From positions 1 to 47,753 of the forward strand of contig MU271425.1 in assembly GCA_021432655.1 (NCBI GenBank): DNA of 47,753 bases, given 5' to 3'. The position numbers and the translations under genes are program-made. This document shows, piece after piece, positions 36,870 to 47,753 of this stretch (within the stretch, counting starts at the first letter, position 1; each line of letters starts with the position of its first letter). The notes beneath the pieces are model-generated. The model ran no database searches and was not told the origin of the DNA. It saw only the letters and a program-made list of their open reading frames with translations. The DNA is from Atractiella rhizophila. Lineage: Eukaryota.

Positions 36870-39501
36870 GTGGACGAGCTGGCTGCAAATCTCTTGTTGG
36901 CGGATGAACAACTTCATCGTCTCTCTTGTGAACAGAGAACAACGCAAGATTCTGACAGACAAGTTCATAATGTCATAGAGGAAGAGAAATACGAGTATAC
37001 ACCATTAACCCACGAACAAATTATCTCCCTTGAGCTTTTCATGATTTGCCATCGACGTGCCGCTGGAGACTTGTATGAGGATCTTCGCGCCTGGGTGGAG
37101 GAGCGATTCAAGACAAGCACACTTTCCCTCGAACGTATAAAGCGTTGCATCAAGGAGAAAAGCCATATAATGCCAGAGGCATTTGACATGTGTCCGAACT
37201 CTTGCATTGCGTATACTGGCGAATGGTCTGAACTCCCGGAATGCCTAAAATGTCACCTATCACGCTATCGAGAACCGACGTCAAAACCAGGAGGCAAGCG
37301 CAAGAAGAAGGTTCCTAGACAACAGTATTTCGTGGTTCCATTTGAAGCTCCCCTCCAGGCTCACCGGGCCACCCAAGAAGGAGCGTCTGCTTCAAAGCAT
37401 AGGGCCAGATGGACGAAGGACCTTCTCGAAAAGTGTCCCCAAGATGGGATGCTACCTGATATCCTCGACGATATCTATTGTGGTTCAGATTACCTCAAGC
37501 TTGCTCGTGAAAAGAAAATCTTACCTTCCGATACCGTTCTTGCCTTTTCTCTTGATGGAGCGCAAGTTTTCAACAACAAGAAGCCTTCCGATGCTATCTT
37601 TGTCATTATAATCAATTACAATCTCCCGCCGGAAATTCGATACAAGCAGCAATATGTCATCCCCATTGCAATTATCCCTGGCCCAAACAAGCCTTGGGAT
37701 CAAATTCCTTTCTTCATCCCATCTTTCAACGGGTCAAGCAGTTTTCAGTCAAAGGCTATCCGATCCATGATTCCCAGTTTAATATATGGTTTCGCTCCCG
37801 TCCTTTCATTGCCCTGGGCCTGTTTGATACAATCTGTGCAAGTGAGATGGGAGGGGAGGTTGGCCACACTGGCCGTCACGGATGCCACATCAATGGCTGC
37901 GCTTTAATTGAAGTGCATCAACCGTACTCCTATCTATTATTTACTCTCCTACGACCGCTCGACTATCAAGAATCTGAATTCAAGCGACCAGATTATGATC
38001 CCCGAAACCTTCCCATGGAGACTGCTGAAGAATATCGAGCCCACCTTGAAGAAATTCAAACGGCAAGACGTGCTGGTCAAAATCGTAAGGCAGCAGCTCT
38101 CCAAAGACAGTATGGAATTGTCCGCTACACCCCCTTTGCAGAAATTCCCACATTTGGAAACGGCCCCCTCTTCTGTTTTGTTGTTGACTGAATGCATCAT
38201 CCGAACCTGAACTTTCCTGAACTTATGCTTGGTCTCTGGCGTGGAACAATTTATCCTACAAACAAGAAACGAAGTGGATTGGGGAAGAGAAAGCGTAGTC
38301 AGATTGCGCAGCTCCCGTTCCCATTCCTGCTGAAGATTGGATGCCTTGGGAAGCTCTCATTGGGTCATTGTGGGAGCAGCATGGAATCGAGGTTGCAAAC
38401 ACCCGAATTCATATCCCCTCATCTTGGAATAAATTCCTTCGCAACATTGACATCAAGTATTCGGATTATAAGGCTAAAGAATGGGAAACATACTTTTATG
38501 GCCTTGGTCCTGGGCTCCTCGAAGGATATATCCCTGAGTCGTACTTCTCATATTACCTCAAGATTGTCTATTGTGTCCGGATCCTTCGAAAGCGGCAGAT
38601 TTCGCAACTGAGCTCAATCATGTTGAAAATCTCATTATTGAGTTTGTGGAAGAGTTTGAAAAATTGTATTATCAGAGGGACATCCATCGGATCAACTTTT
38701 GCAGAATTTCACTGCATAAATTTCTTCATCTTGTTGCCCAGACACGAAGAGTTGGGCCTTTCATCTCCGTCACTCAATGGACTCTCGAACGAACGATCGA
38801 CATTTTAGGATCACGACTTCGACAGCCTTCACCGCCATACCAAAATCTGTCTAGACAATGCATCCAGCAAGCTCAATGTCACGCTTTACGATCAATCGAC
38901 CCCACGCTCATGAAGAAACGCGCACTTCGTACCCTGCCTCGAGGAGCTTTAGATCTGAGAAATTCATATGCTTTGTTGCGAGCTTCTGTAACTTTGATTT
39001 GCAGTGACGTAGAAAAGACGGTTGTATCTGCTTTTCTACAGCGAATCCATGGGGAGATCGCATTGACGTGGGACGGAAGGTTTACGAAATGGGTGTGCCT
39101 GCAACTTCCTAATGGCGAGAGAGTTCGCACATGATGGAAAGAGCTCGAGCGGCCTATCAATGAAGTACGCATCAGTCGGAATATTATGTATCTACGACGA
39201 ACCATACCCTGGCTTGGAACAATGGGGCCCACACGAATTGAAATGCAATATGGTGAGGTATGCTTTTTCTTGGAAGTTTCACTGGCTTCGAGCATACATC
39301 ACCTGTCACTCATTCGACCGTATGGCGATTATGAGCAGCGCGACATCCACTCTGTTATTCTGAGCTGCAAGCCGGCTGTTGAAGGTTCCCTCGCTCATTT
39401 CCGTGGAAGATATCAAGGAAGTTGTTGCTGTAATTCCTAGACCGTGGTTCGATGACTGCTTCATTGTTCATAAACTGGGTTTGGATGTAGATAGTGATTA
39501 A
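36870..39501 (+). pseudogene. CACTA/EnSpm (Tnp2, Transposase_21-like) transposase with frameshifts and stops
   Basis: DMCPNSCIAYTG..C..C..SRY, DDIYCG, FSLDGAQVF, YNLPPEIRY, IIPGPNKP, HTGRHGC, VD*MH, QWTLERTI, PYQNL. Confidence 0.92.
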
Positions 39502-39638
39502 ATGGATCTCCTCTATATCACATCACTTCTCTGCATTCCCATCCGAGGTAAGGAAAAGTTTCTGAGCAGACAAGAATCTCTGTGGACGTGAGGAGGAGGC
39601 GGTGCGGCAAGATGAGGAGGCAGAGCAAACTGGTGGAG

Positions 39639-40189
39639 TATGGAGGTTTGCTGGGCTATGGGAATTTTCTGCACAATCTTGGCATCGCGGGACAGCCACG
39701 GACAAGACACGGCCTGGCTCCAGAATGTGTACAATACCTGTGAAAGGTCCTTGTGATTTCTAGTTTTTTAAAAGTGGCCTCTTATGAGATTACCGGGGAC
39801 AGTTTTTGCCTGTCCAAGGAGTCTGGATGAAAATGTTAGGAGAAGTGCAACTTGTGTTGCTGTGTATTATAGCAGCCCTGGATCACAGCACGAAACATGA
39901 CTCCCATACGGAAGCAAATCATTTGTCCGTATGGGAGTCATGGCGAGTCATGCTAGGTGAGCCGCCTTCACTTCGTGAAATCAACCGGAAAGAGGCAACA
40001 GTTGCTGGATGTGACTTTGTCCTGAAGGGGAACCTCACGAATCATGAAATGAAGGACAATCTTATAGCTTATTACCACAGATATGCAAGTTTGAGTGGAC
40101 TTGAGTACATCACTGAATCTATAAAGTCCGGTGACACTTTGTCACCGACTTTTACCGTAGGTTTCCCCATAGCCCAGCAAACCTCCATA
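39639..40189. repeat. 551-bp segment bounded by perfect 24-bp inverted repeats
   Basis: TATGGAGGTTTGCTGGGCTATGGG (39639-39662) and its reverse complement (40166-40189). Confidence 0.85.
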
Positions 40190-41149
40190 GCGGAGAATGC
40201 AGGCGGGTGCTGTGGCCAAACGTGAAGGAGAGATTGTAAGAGGTCTATATCGGCAAACAACATAGGTCAGAGGCTAGCAAATAGAATGGAGGACACCTAC
40301 CTTAACAGGAAGCTGTGCCATTTTTATACTATATCTGGACCACAACGGACATAGTATCGTGATGATTCAGCTGAAAGGGCTTTGTCAGTGAACTGGATCA
40401 ATGTCCAAGATGTCCTACTCACAGCTGCAGCAGAGTACTATTGGCAGAAAGAGAAAGACTTACTGAGTTTATGCAAATGAAGCTCAAATATTACCGGAAA
40501 CCATTGTGAGACCAGAGTTCTACTTGGCGGCAAAGTCTCTGAAGGCTGTTATCAAACGCCATGCGGAGCTGATTGGTACCACTGATAAAAATGACATCGT
40601 TGAAACTCAGTTGACAGATTGCGAAAAGCCTTCGACGAGGGAATCAGTGAAAGAAGTCCAAAGCGTTGGCCATGGAAGCGTACCGGAGAACGACTAACCC
40701 CCTCCTCCCTGCGCTTAACAACAGAGAAGCTCACATTAGCATGGATTAATATTGATTTCTTGCCAGCCCCTTTCAGCCCCCAGAAATTCCTAATTTTTCC
40801 AACTTTTCCCAACTGAGCCAGAGCTGAACTTGCTTTGCTGCAGGGGTTGCCGTGTCAGTCCAAAAATGCGGAAATTTCGTAGATATTTGTCAGCATTTGT
40901 TGCACAATCAAGGAAAGTGTGGGAAATTCAGGAAAGGACTTTTGACAGGGGTTGTAGGCTTATGTTCACTTCCAGCAAACTTGTCAGCCAATCCTTCCTC
41001 AAGATCTCACTCAAAAAGATGAATCAGAACTGTATCACCGTGCCTAGAGATTGTTTGATAGTGTTCAAATTTGAGAATATATGGATCCACAGTTCGGGAT
41101 CCTTGCTGTGCAAGGGCGTGACACTATTTTAGTGGAAACTTCTCTTCAT

Positions 41150-43085
41150 TATGTGTTACTACAGGGCACACCTGCAAAGTGCGAGATAACAATGAGTATA
41201 AGTCTTGTACTTGCAGGTTTACAAGCTTTATAACAGATAACAGAGAGATCCCTGTGGCAAAAGATTGGTCACAGTTCCAGAAAGTGCTCAAAGGAAACTA
41301 AACTGGCAAGTACGCATGTGGCGAAAGGAGGAGGCATACAGTTCCATCAAACTTCCCTCAAATCCTACTTTTGACTCATTCCAATTTCCTCCATAACTCC
41401 CATCTATCTTTAATCTTAAACACCGTTTGTAAGCATATCAGCAGGTAAGTCCTTCGTGTCCATGTAGTGTAGTTGAATTCTGTTGCTGATAACGCATTCA
41501 TGGATGTAATGGTAGCGGACATTGATGTGTTTTGTTCATTGACAGAAAGATGGGGTCGTTAGCAAGTTGGTGGGATCCAAGATTGTTGCCAAAGATGGTA
41601 ATTGGAGCGTTGATAGGGACTCCCGGTTGTCAAGGAGGGTGTGAAGCCATGAAGCTTTCTTGTGCTGCAAATGAAAGTGTGACCTATTCTGCTTCTCTGC
41701 TAGAAAGGGTAACTATAGATTGTTTCTTGCTTCTCGATATGATAGCACCACCTGCGTGCATGAAGAGTGCACTAGACATGGAGTTTCGATCGTGGCTGGC
41801 GGCGAAGCCTGAGTCTGACTATCCTGTAATTATGGCATGGAGGGGACTGGGGAGAAGGTCCTCGTCATAATCAACACCTTCATGCTATGTGTACCCTTGT
41901 GCAACAACCCTTGCATGGTATCTGACAGTTTCTCCCCCTGGACCAAGCTTCTCCCTCAATACCCATCAGAACCCAATGACATTTTCACCTTTCCGTGGCA
42001 GCACCATCTCCCTACTTCCTTTCTCTCTCCACGTCTCTCTTCCTCATAGAAGGCGTCTTGCCATTTGATGGCGTTTGGACCGGTGATGGCCTCTCCATAA
42101 TTCAATTCGGAGTGAGGTTGTGGGAGGGCGAGGTTACTGTGATGCAGGCTACTGTATCTGACAAGGGTAAGGCACCAGAGTACTTGGGAGGTCAGACGTG
42201 TGTAGCGTTGAGGGAATGAGGGTCGTGATTGTTAGGTTGAGGCGTCGGCAACACCATTCTGCTGAGGTGTGTAGGCAGCTGTGTGCTCATGTTTGATGTC
42301 GCGGGATTTGAGGTATGCCTTGAACAATTACTTGTATATTCGCCGCCGTTGTCTGATCTTAAGGCCCGTTTCGAGTTCAACTTTTGATTTGAATTCCTTA
42401 GAGAACGAGAAGACATCAGATTTATACTTCAGTACGTGAATCCACTTTCTTCTCGCTGCGTCATCTGTAAAGCTGAGCCAGTATTCAGATCCTCGGAGTG
42501 ATTTGATGGGTGCAGGACCCCATACGTCAGTGTGGATCAGTTCAAGCTTCTCTTTTGTGCGTTCTGTGGGACCGGGGGGGAATAGGCGTTCGTGTTGTTG
42601 ATCAAGGAGGCATCCGGTGCACCATGAGTGGTGATCCTCATCTCCTATCTCTACTCCTCTGACCATTCCCTGTTCTTGCAACAGCTTGAGGCTCCAGCTC
42701 CCTATGTGACTAAACAGCAGTGCCAGACATGTGAAGAGGCCGCCTTTCCGGCGCTCGTGAGTTTTGAGGTGGCGCTTGGCGCTTTCATTCATGATTACTG
42801 ACACATCCAACCTTCACAGTCTGCTTTCAGCAACGATTTCGGTGACCACCGTACCATCACCCTTCACCATCTTCCCTTGCCTGTTCACGGTGAATACAAC
42901 ATCGAAGCCTTGGGTGTTTAACTGGTCAGTGTAAAGGAGGGCACAATCAATTTCGGGGTCATAGAGAGTGTTAGTTATCTCAATTTCTCTTTCCACTCCT
43001 TTGACCTTCGTTAACATTTTGACAGTGCCCATGCCAATTGCTTGTGTGACAACGCCGTGGGATGAGCGGATGTGACACAAGTGGG
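41150..43085 (-). mobile_element. Ty1/Copia remnant: protease-adjacent region, integrase, RNase H, PPT and 3' LTR start; RT deleted
   Basis: LELIHTDVWGP, LRSDNGGEY, SDSGFAASHDR, SKKQ, MDTKDLPADML. PPT GAGGGAAG is followed by TGATGGA at 41349. The left boundary is approximate. Confidence 0.88.
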
Positions 43086-43091
43086 GCTTGA

Positions 43092-43165
43092 GCAGGGGTA
43101 TGAATGCTCAAAAGTGCATTTTATGACTCATGCCAAGAATGGATGGTTTCAGAGGTAAGGATAGC
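43092..43165 (-). repeat. Third partial copy of the 32245/33545 repeat family, abutting the truncated Copia
   Basis: GCTCAAAAGTGCATTTTATGACTCATGCCAAGAA...GTAAGGATAG matches 32476-32509 and 33770-33830. Confidence 0.65.
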
Positions 43166-43699
43166 ATCGAAATTGAGAAGGGTTTAGTAAAATATATAGA
43201 GTACATACCAAGAGTTCGTTGCACTGTTTCTGCAGACTGATAATGTTGATTATGATTTCTGTTTTCGAAAGATATCCAGGTGTACAGAGGGCGAGCCAGA
43301 GCAGGTAGATGGCCGTTCTTTGAAGTGCCATTTAAAGGCGATTTCGCTTCTAGCAGACGCCTAGACCCGGATGCCTCAAATTTAGGGGGCATTCAAACTG
43401 GAGTGTGGTATTCCTAATACACTTGACTGTTCACCCAGCCTCCTGGGCAGTTGGACTGACATGGTGTGACTCTGTCACACTAGTACATGATGGTTTCAGC
43501 AACATCGATCCATGCCCCTGAGGTGAGGAAAGACTGATGACGCAAGGCTGGTCATCTGGAACCCGGTGAGGGCTGCTTTTCAAAACTGCAAACTTCTGTT
43601 TAAAGACATGTCTGGCCAACATCTTCTATTTACAGGGAAGGTAAGCCCAACAAGCTCATAGACAAAATAGCACCCTACCAGCCGAAGCATAAACTAGAC

Positions 43700-44500
43700 A
43701 ACGCACCAATGTATCTAATCCCCTACTAGCAGCCCACACAACCATATCCGAGTCCTTCAATGTATTCAAGATTAAGCCACCCAAATCGAATAACTGGGTG
43801 GCATACAAACAACACCTCATAGTGGTCCTACGGGAGATCGAACTGTTAAACTATGTTACTGGATCAAAGAAGAAAAGACCTACTCTGGAGACAAAGAAAT
43901 GAAAGGATGGTGAGAAAGACACCATTATGAACCAGAAAGAACTTGACAAATTGGATGCAAAGGACGCCAAGGCACAGATGTGTATCGAGCTGACAATCAT
44001 CGATGGCAAGCTGATCCACTTGGCAGCAGCAAAGATGGCAGCAGAGATGTAGAAGCAATTGTGTATGGCGAAAGAGGCAAAGGGGATCTTAGGAATCCTG
44101 GTGGCAAGGTGTTGGTTGTATCGCTCATATGCTGAGGAAGGATTCAGCATGGTTGAGCACATCTCCACATTCAGAGAGGTTCAAGAGGAACTTGCCTTAA
44201 GGGGATACACTCAAGATGAAGACTTCGTATTTCTCCTTATCACATGGTTGCCAAAATCATGGAACAGGTTCACATCCCCATATTTCGGAGTACATTTGAA
44301 CAAACCGACCTTGTCGTCTCACAAGCTATCAGCACTACTGATTGAAGAGGGGAGGCAGAGGAAGGAGAAGTTGGGAGCACTAGAGACGGCGCTATTCATG
44401 AAAGGGAACAGGACAGCAAAACTGAAAATGGCAGGTGGCAGAGACAGGCCCAACAATGAGTGCTTCAACTGCCATAAGGGAGGGTATATGAAAGTTGAAG
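43700..44500 (+). pseudogene. Copia-type gag fragment
   Basis: MVEHISTF...ELAL.G...DEDF..LL...LPKSW and a degenerate knuckle CFNCHKGG resemble Copia gag (Retrotran_gag_2 type). Confidence 0.7.
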
Positions 44501-46559
44501 ACAAGTTCAAGAAGAATCCTGATCTTTGGAACAAGTCCTGCACTACATTCGAGCTTCAAAAGGGTCATATTGTGAGGGAAGCCTTATTCCAAAGCATCAG
44601 CAACTCCCATTACAACATCAAATAATGAAAACTGGCATAATGCAGCTGGCGAGCTATTTCGTGGATGAGCTTCTTCTCTTACAACTGTTCTGAGTGTCCT
44701 TCCCGATATCTTCTTACGCAAAAAAGCTCCTTGTCAAAATCAAGAACCACTCCAGCCAGCTGACTCACCATCACAAGCATTTCGGAAGAAGGTTATTCAG
44801 GCTGGTACCCACCACATCTTTCTTGTGGATCGGAATCTTCGCCTGGAAGAAATCTTATACTCTTCAAGCCAGTCTAAACTGCTGGACATCTTTTCGAAGC
44901 ACAAGTTTGGATTGGTTAAGTATGAAAACAGTATGTTTTCTGTACTTGCTACTGGGAGTAGTATATTTATTGATATTCCATGAGTTTAGATTTACAGGAG
45001 TTGACCTAGATCACTATAAAGCGAAGCAAAAGGAGCTCTTCCAGACTCTTAAGCCATATGATATTGAACATGTTGAAGTAACTATTATTGCTGTTATGAA
45101 TGGAACGGTTGTTATGAATGATGAGCTTCTTGTATACTCTGATGTTGAAATGGAGGTGTTTTCTAAGGCAGTAGGTCTTCTCTTGCCCAGTCTTCTCAAC
45201 ATAGGCATATATTTTATTAAACTGTTATAGAAACTCGAAAACACTCATTTACAACGTTCCGCGATCAGTTCGTCTCGCTTGCAAGACACATAGCAACCCA
45301 ATTGGATAGTGAGGATGATGTCACTGCTATGCTTGCCATCTCCTCCAAAACGCCCTCATCAAAATCGAGAACTTTTGGACTAGATATCAAGTCACGTCTG
45401 CTACCGTCTATTCGGAACTTTACAAAATCAAACCAGTCCCCATCTTCCATAAATATCGATGTGGAAACAGATCCACTGCCAGTTCCTCTGCCCACAAATG
45501 TCTCTCAATCTCGAATGTCACAGACCTTTACTTCAGCAAGAGACACATCGTTTGCAGATTATCAGGAGAAGAGTATAATTCAAATGTACTCTGCTGCCTT
45601 TTAGAAACTTGCGGCCTGCCAACTTCAGTTCAAAGCTACTTCTTGACGGAGAAGCAGCTGAAGTTGTTTGCTGAGAACTATAATAACCCCCATCTTATCT
45701 TGAACCCTGTGTATTACAATGCAGAAAACGGTGTTCTGACTAACAAATTCATTAGCGACGCTTTGGTGCTGAAAATGGTTTATTGCAATTGAGAAGGAGG
45801 TTGCTAGTCACGTTCAGAGAGTACCCAGAGGAGACTATGAGTCTGAACAATTTTATTGACAAGAAAAAGAACTTACTAACAATGTGTTGAGCAGCAATCA
45901 AACCATTCTGGAAACTACAAACGACACACCCTCCACCAGTGAAAGTGACATACATGAAGCCAACAAAGGAGGGCAACCTTGGAGCTGTAAAGACTTGTGG
46001 TCGATGTAAGAAGCAAAGGATGGATATCGTCAGAAGAATACGAACAATCACGACATCTGTGATTTCAACTTTCTGCATTGGTCCAAGGTTCCATACCCAC
46101 TGCCGAAGACCAACTTAAACAATGTCCTACTCTGTACAAATATGTTGGGGAAGTGGAGCATCGATGAGAATGTGGTAAAGAAGTTTTTCATGGGTATCAA
46201 GGATGGCAAAGTGCGGGACGTTGATCAATCAGTGGAGATGATCAATATGCGAGTTTTTATGGCAATGACATGGGTAGAGGAAAAGATGGACTGGGTTTTG
46301 ACAAAAGAAAGGTTGCATATTGAAGCAGGGAAGAGACAGTAGTGGTTCACTTAGTGAGTAGTCAGATGGCAATGGATATCTTTTGTGATTTCACACTTTT
46401 GAAATTTTTTAAAAAGATTGCAACAAGTATTATAAAACAAAAGCAAATTCTCAGCTTGTATTTGATCAATTACAACTGCAGTTACAAGAGAACTGAATGC
46501 ACTGTTGCGGAGCTGGACAATGTAAATAATGTGAGTTGCTGCCCTGCTTTGTTAATATC

Positions 46560-47753
46560 CCCCAATGCAAATAATCATTATACGTTATGATAGCTAGCTC
46601 TCAGACCTTGCATTCGATGTACTCCCACCTGAGATGCAATGGATAATGGCGAGGTAATAGGGAATCTTATCTCTGACATATATAGGGTGTGTATTTTTTC
46701 CTTCACTTTTTTTGATGTTCGCTCAATCTTATTACACATTATACGTAGTAATATCTAGCCCTCAGTCCCATCACTTACTGCACTCACGTCTGAATACGAT
46801 GGATAATGGTGGAGCAATGGGGAATTGTATGTTTTGAGATATGTGAGGTGCGTATTTTGTCCTCCGCTTTTAGAGTCCGGAGTGGCAGAGAGGCAAAGGC
46901 CTCTTCCAACTTTTCAAATAAGCTGAGGAATAGCAGAACAACGCTGCTGATGGTGACATCGGAGGCCGAAGACATAAGAGCAGTTACTTCGGCAAACTCC
47001 TCCAACCACGATAAGACGAGCTTGATTGCATCCCAGTCTTCCTCACTCAACCGCACACCTTTCAGATCTTGGGAGTAATATTGAGCAAAGTGGTCGACGG
47101 CGGAGCGAAAGAGAAGCGCGCGCTGCAGCATGCTGCAAGTTGAGGACCACCGCGTTTGAACGTCAAGGATAAGAACTTTTTCGGACTCTTCACTCTCGAC
47201 TAAGGTGGGACCGAGGAGCTTGAACCACATCTCCTTCTTCTGCGGTGATGAGCGAGCACATTTTACGATCGCTCGGAGCTGTCAATCCATCAGTTCAATG
47301 TTAACAGGGAGAAAGCAAGAGGAAACTTACCCGCTGGATAGCCGTTCCAACATCAGCATTCATGTCTGACGTTATTTGTCACCCAATCCCATTCCATCCA
47401 TCATTTCATCCAGTTTGGGATCTTCTTCCACAAAAACAGTCCCATCTGCATTAAGCAGGGTTGCGAGCTGACACTGATACGGCAATGCGGATTCATCGTC
47501 GTCATCGATGGGAACAAGAGGAGGGGGTTTGTTGTTATCATCGGAAACTTGAGGAGGAATGCCACTGGACTCGGGAGGGTTCTTGGGAGTGATGTCGCGG
47601 CCAGCTTTTGTGGATGCTGGCCATGCACCGAGTGCATTCAACAGAGACAAGGCGGCAAGATGGATGATGTGGGGGAGACATCTGCCTCGTCGTTCGTTTA
47701 CGGGGAAATCGATGTTGTCAGCATTGAAGAGATCCTCCAGCATGGCCATCATC
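46560..47753 (-). pseudogene. hAT transposase fragment running off the window end
   Basis: RCLPHIIHLAA, RSSPQKKEMW, ILDVQTRWSST, LSEEDWDAI. Confidence 0.88.

Larger units (their letters stand above)
34334..40950 (+). mobile_element. CACTA/EnSpm-type DNA transposon, 6.6 kb, with CCCTG termini
   Basis: TIRs CCCTGTCAAAAATGCTTTCC and GGAAAGGACTTTTGACAGGG (18/20 match). GTTGTAG is duplicated at 34327-34333 and 40951-40957. A Transposase_21-like gene lies inside. Confidence 0.88.

Noticed and set aside
44600..46340. Broken ORFs with scattered Cys motifs (CGRCKK)
   Set aside because: Possibly another decayed element, but the evidence is too weak for a call.

Overview
This is eukaryotic DNA with short GT-AG introns, very probably from a basidiomycete fungus, and it is almost entirely a nest of decayed transposable elements. 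It holds two Ty1/Copia pol remnants and a Copia gag fragment, a near-complete Helitron (3749-8951) with related Helitron-like 3' ends, two CACTA/EnSpm (Transposase_21-type) elements, a Tad1-like LINE bounded by a 13-bp TSD (14515-31103), two hAT elements in normal orientation, and one host-derived sequence, an intronless GOT1 copy. The most striking feature is a 6.5-kb block (19559-26061, followed by 25 N) written backwards without complementation. Read right to left it continues the LINE RNase H exactly in frame (GNELA|DTAAN), mirrors 30388-31103 at about 98% identity, and hides a third hAT transposase that the six-frame track cannot see. I interpret this block as a gap-filling artefact, not biology. 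The best biological leads are a CACTA-type element with a non-canonical 7-bp (possibly 8-bp) TSD and extra genes, a Helitron family ending in CTTG with a chain of GC hairpins, and a probable GOT1 retrocopy. All alignments and translations beyond the supplied ORF track were done by eye.
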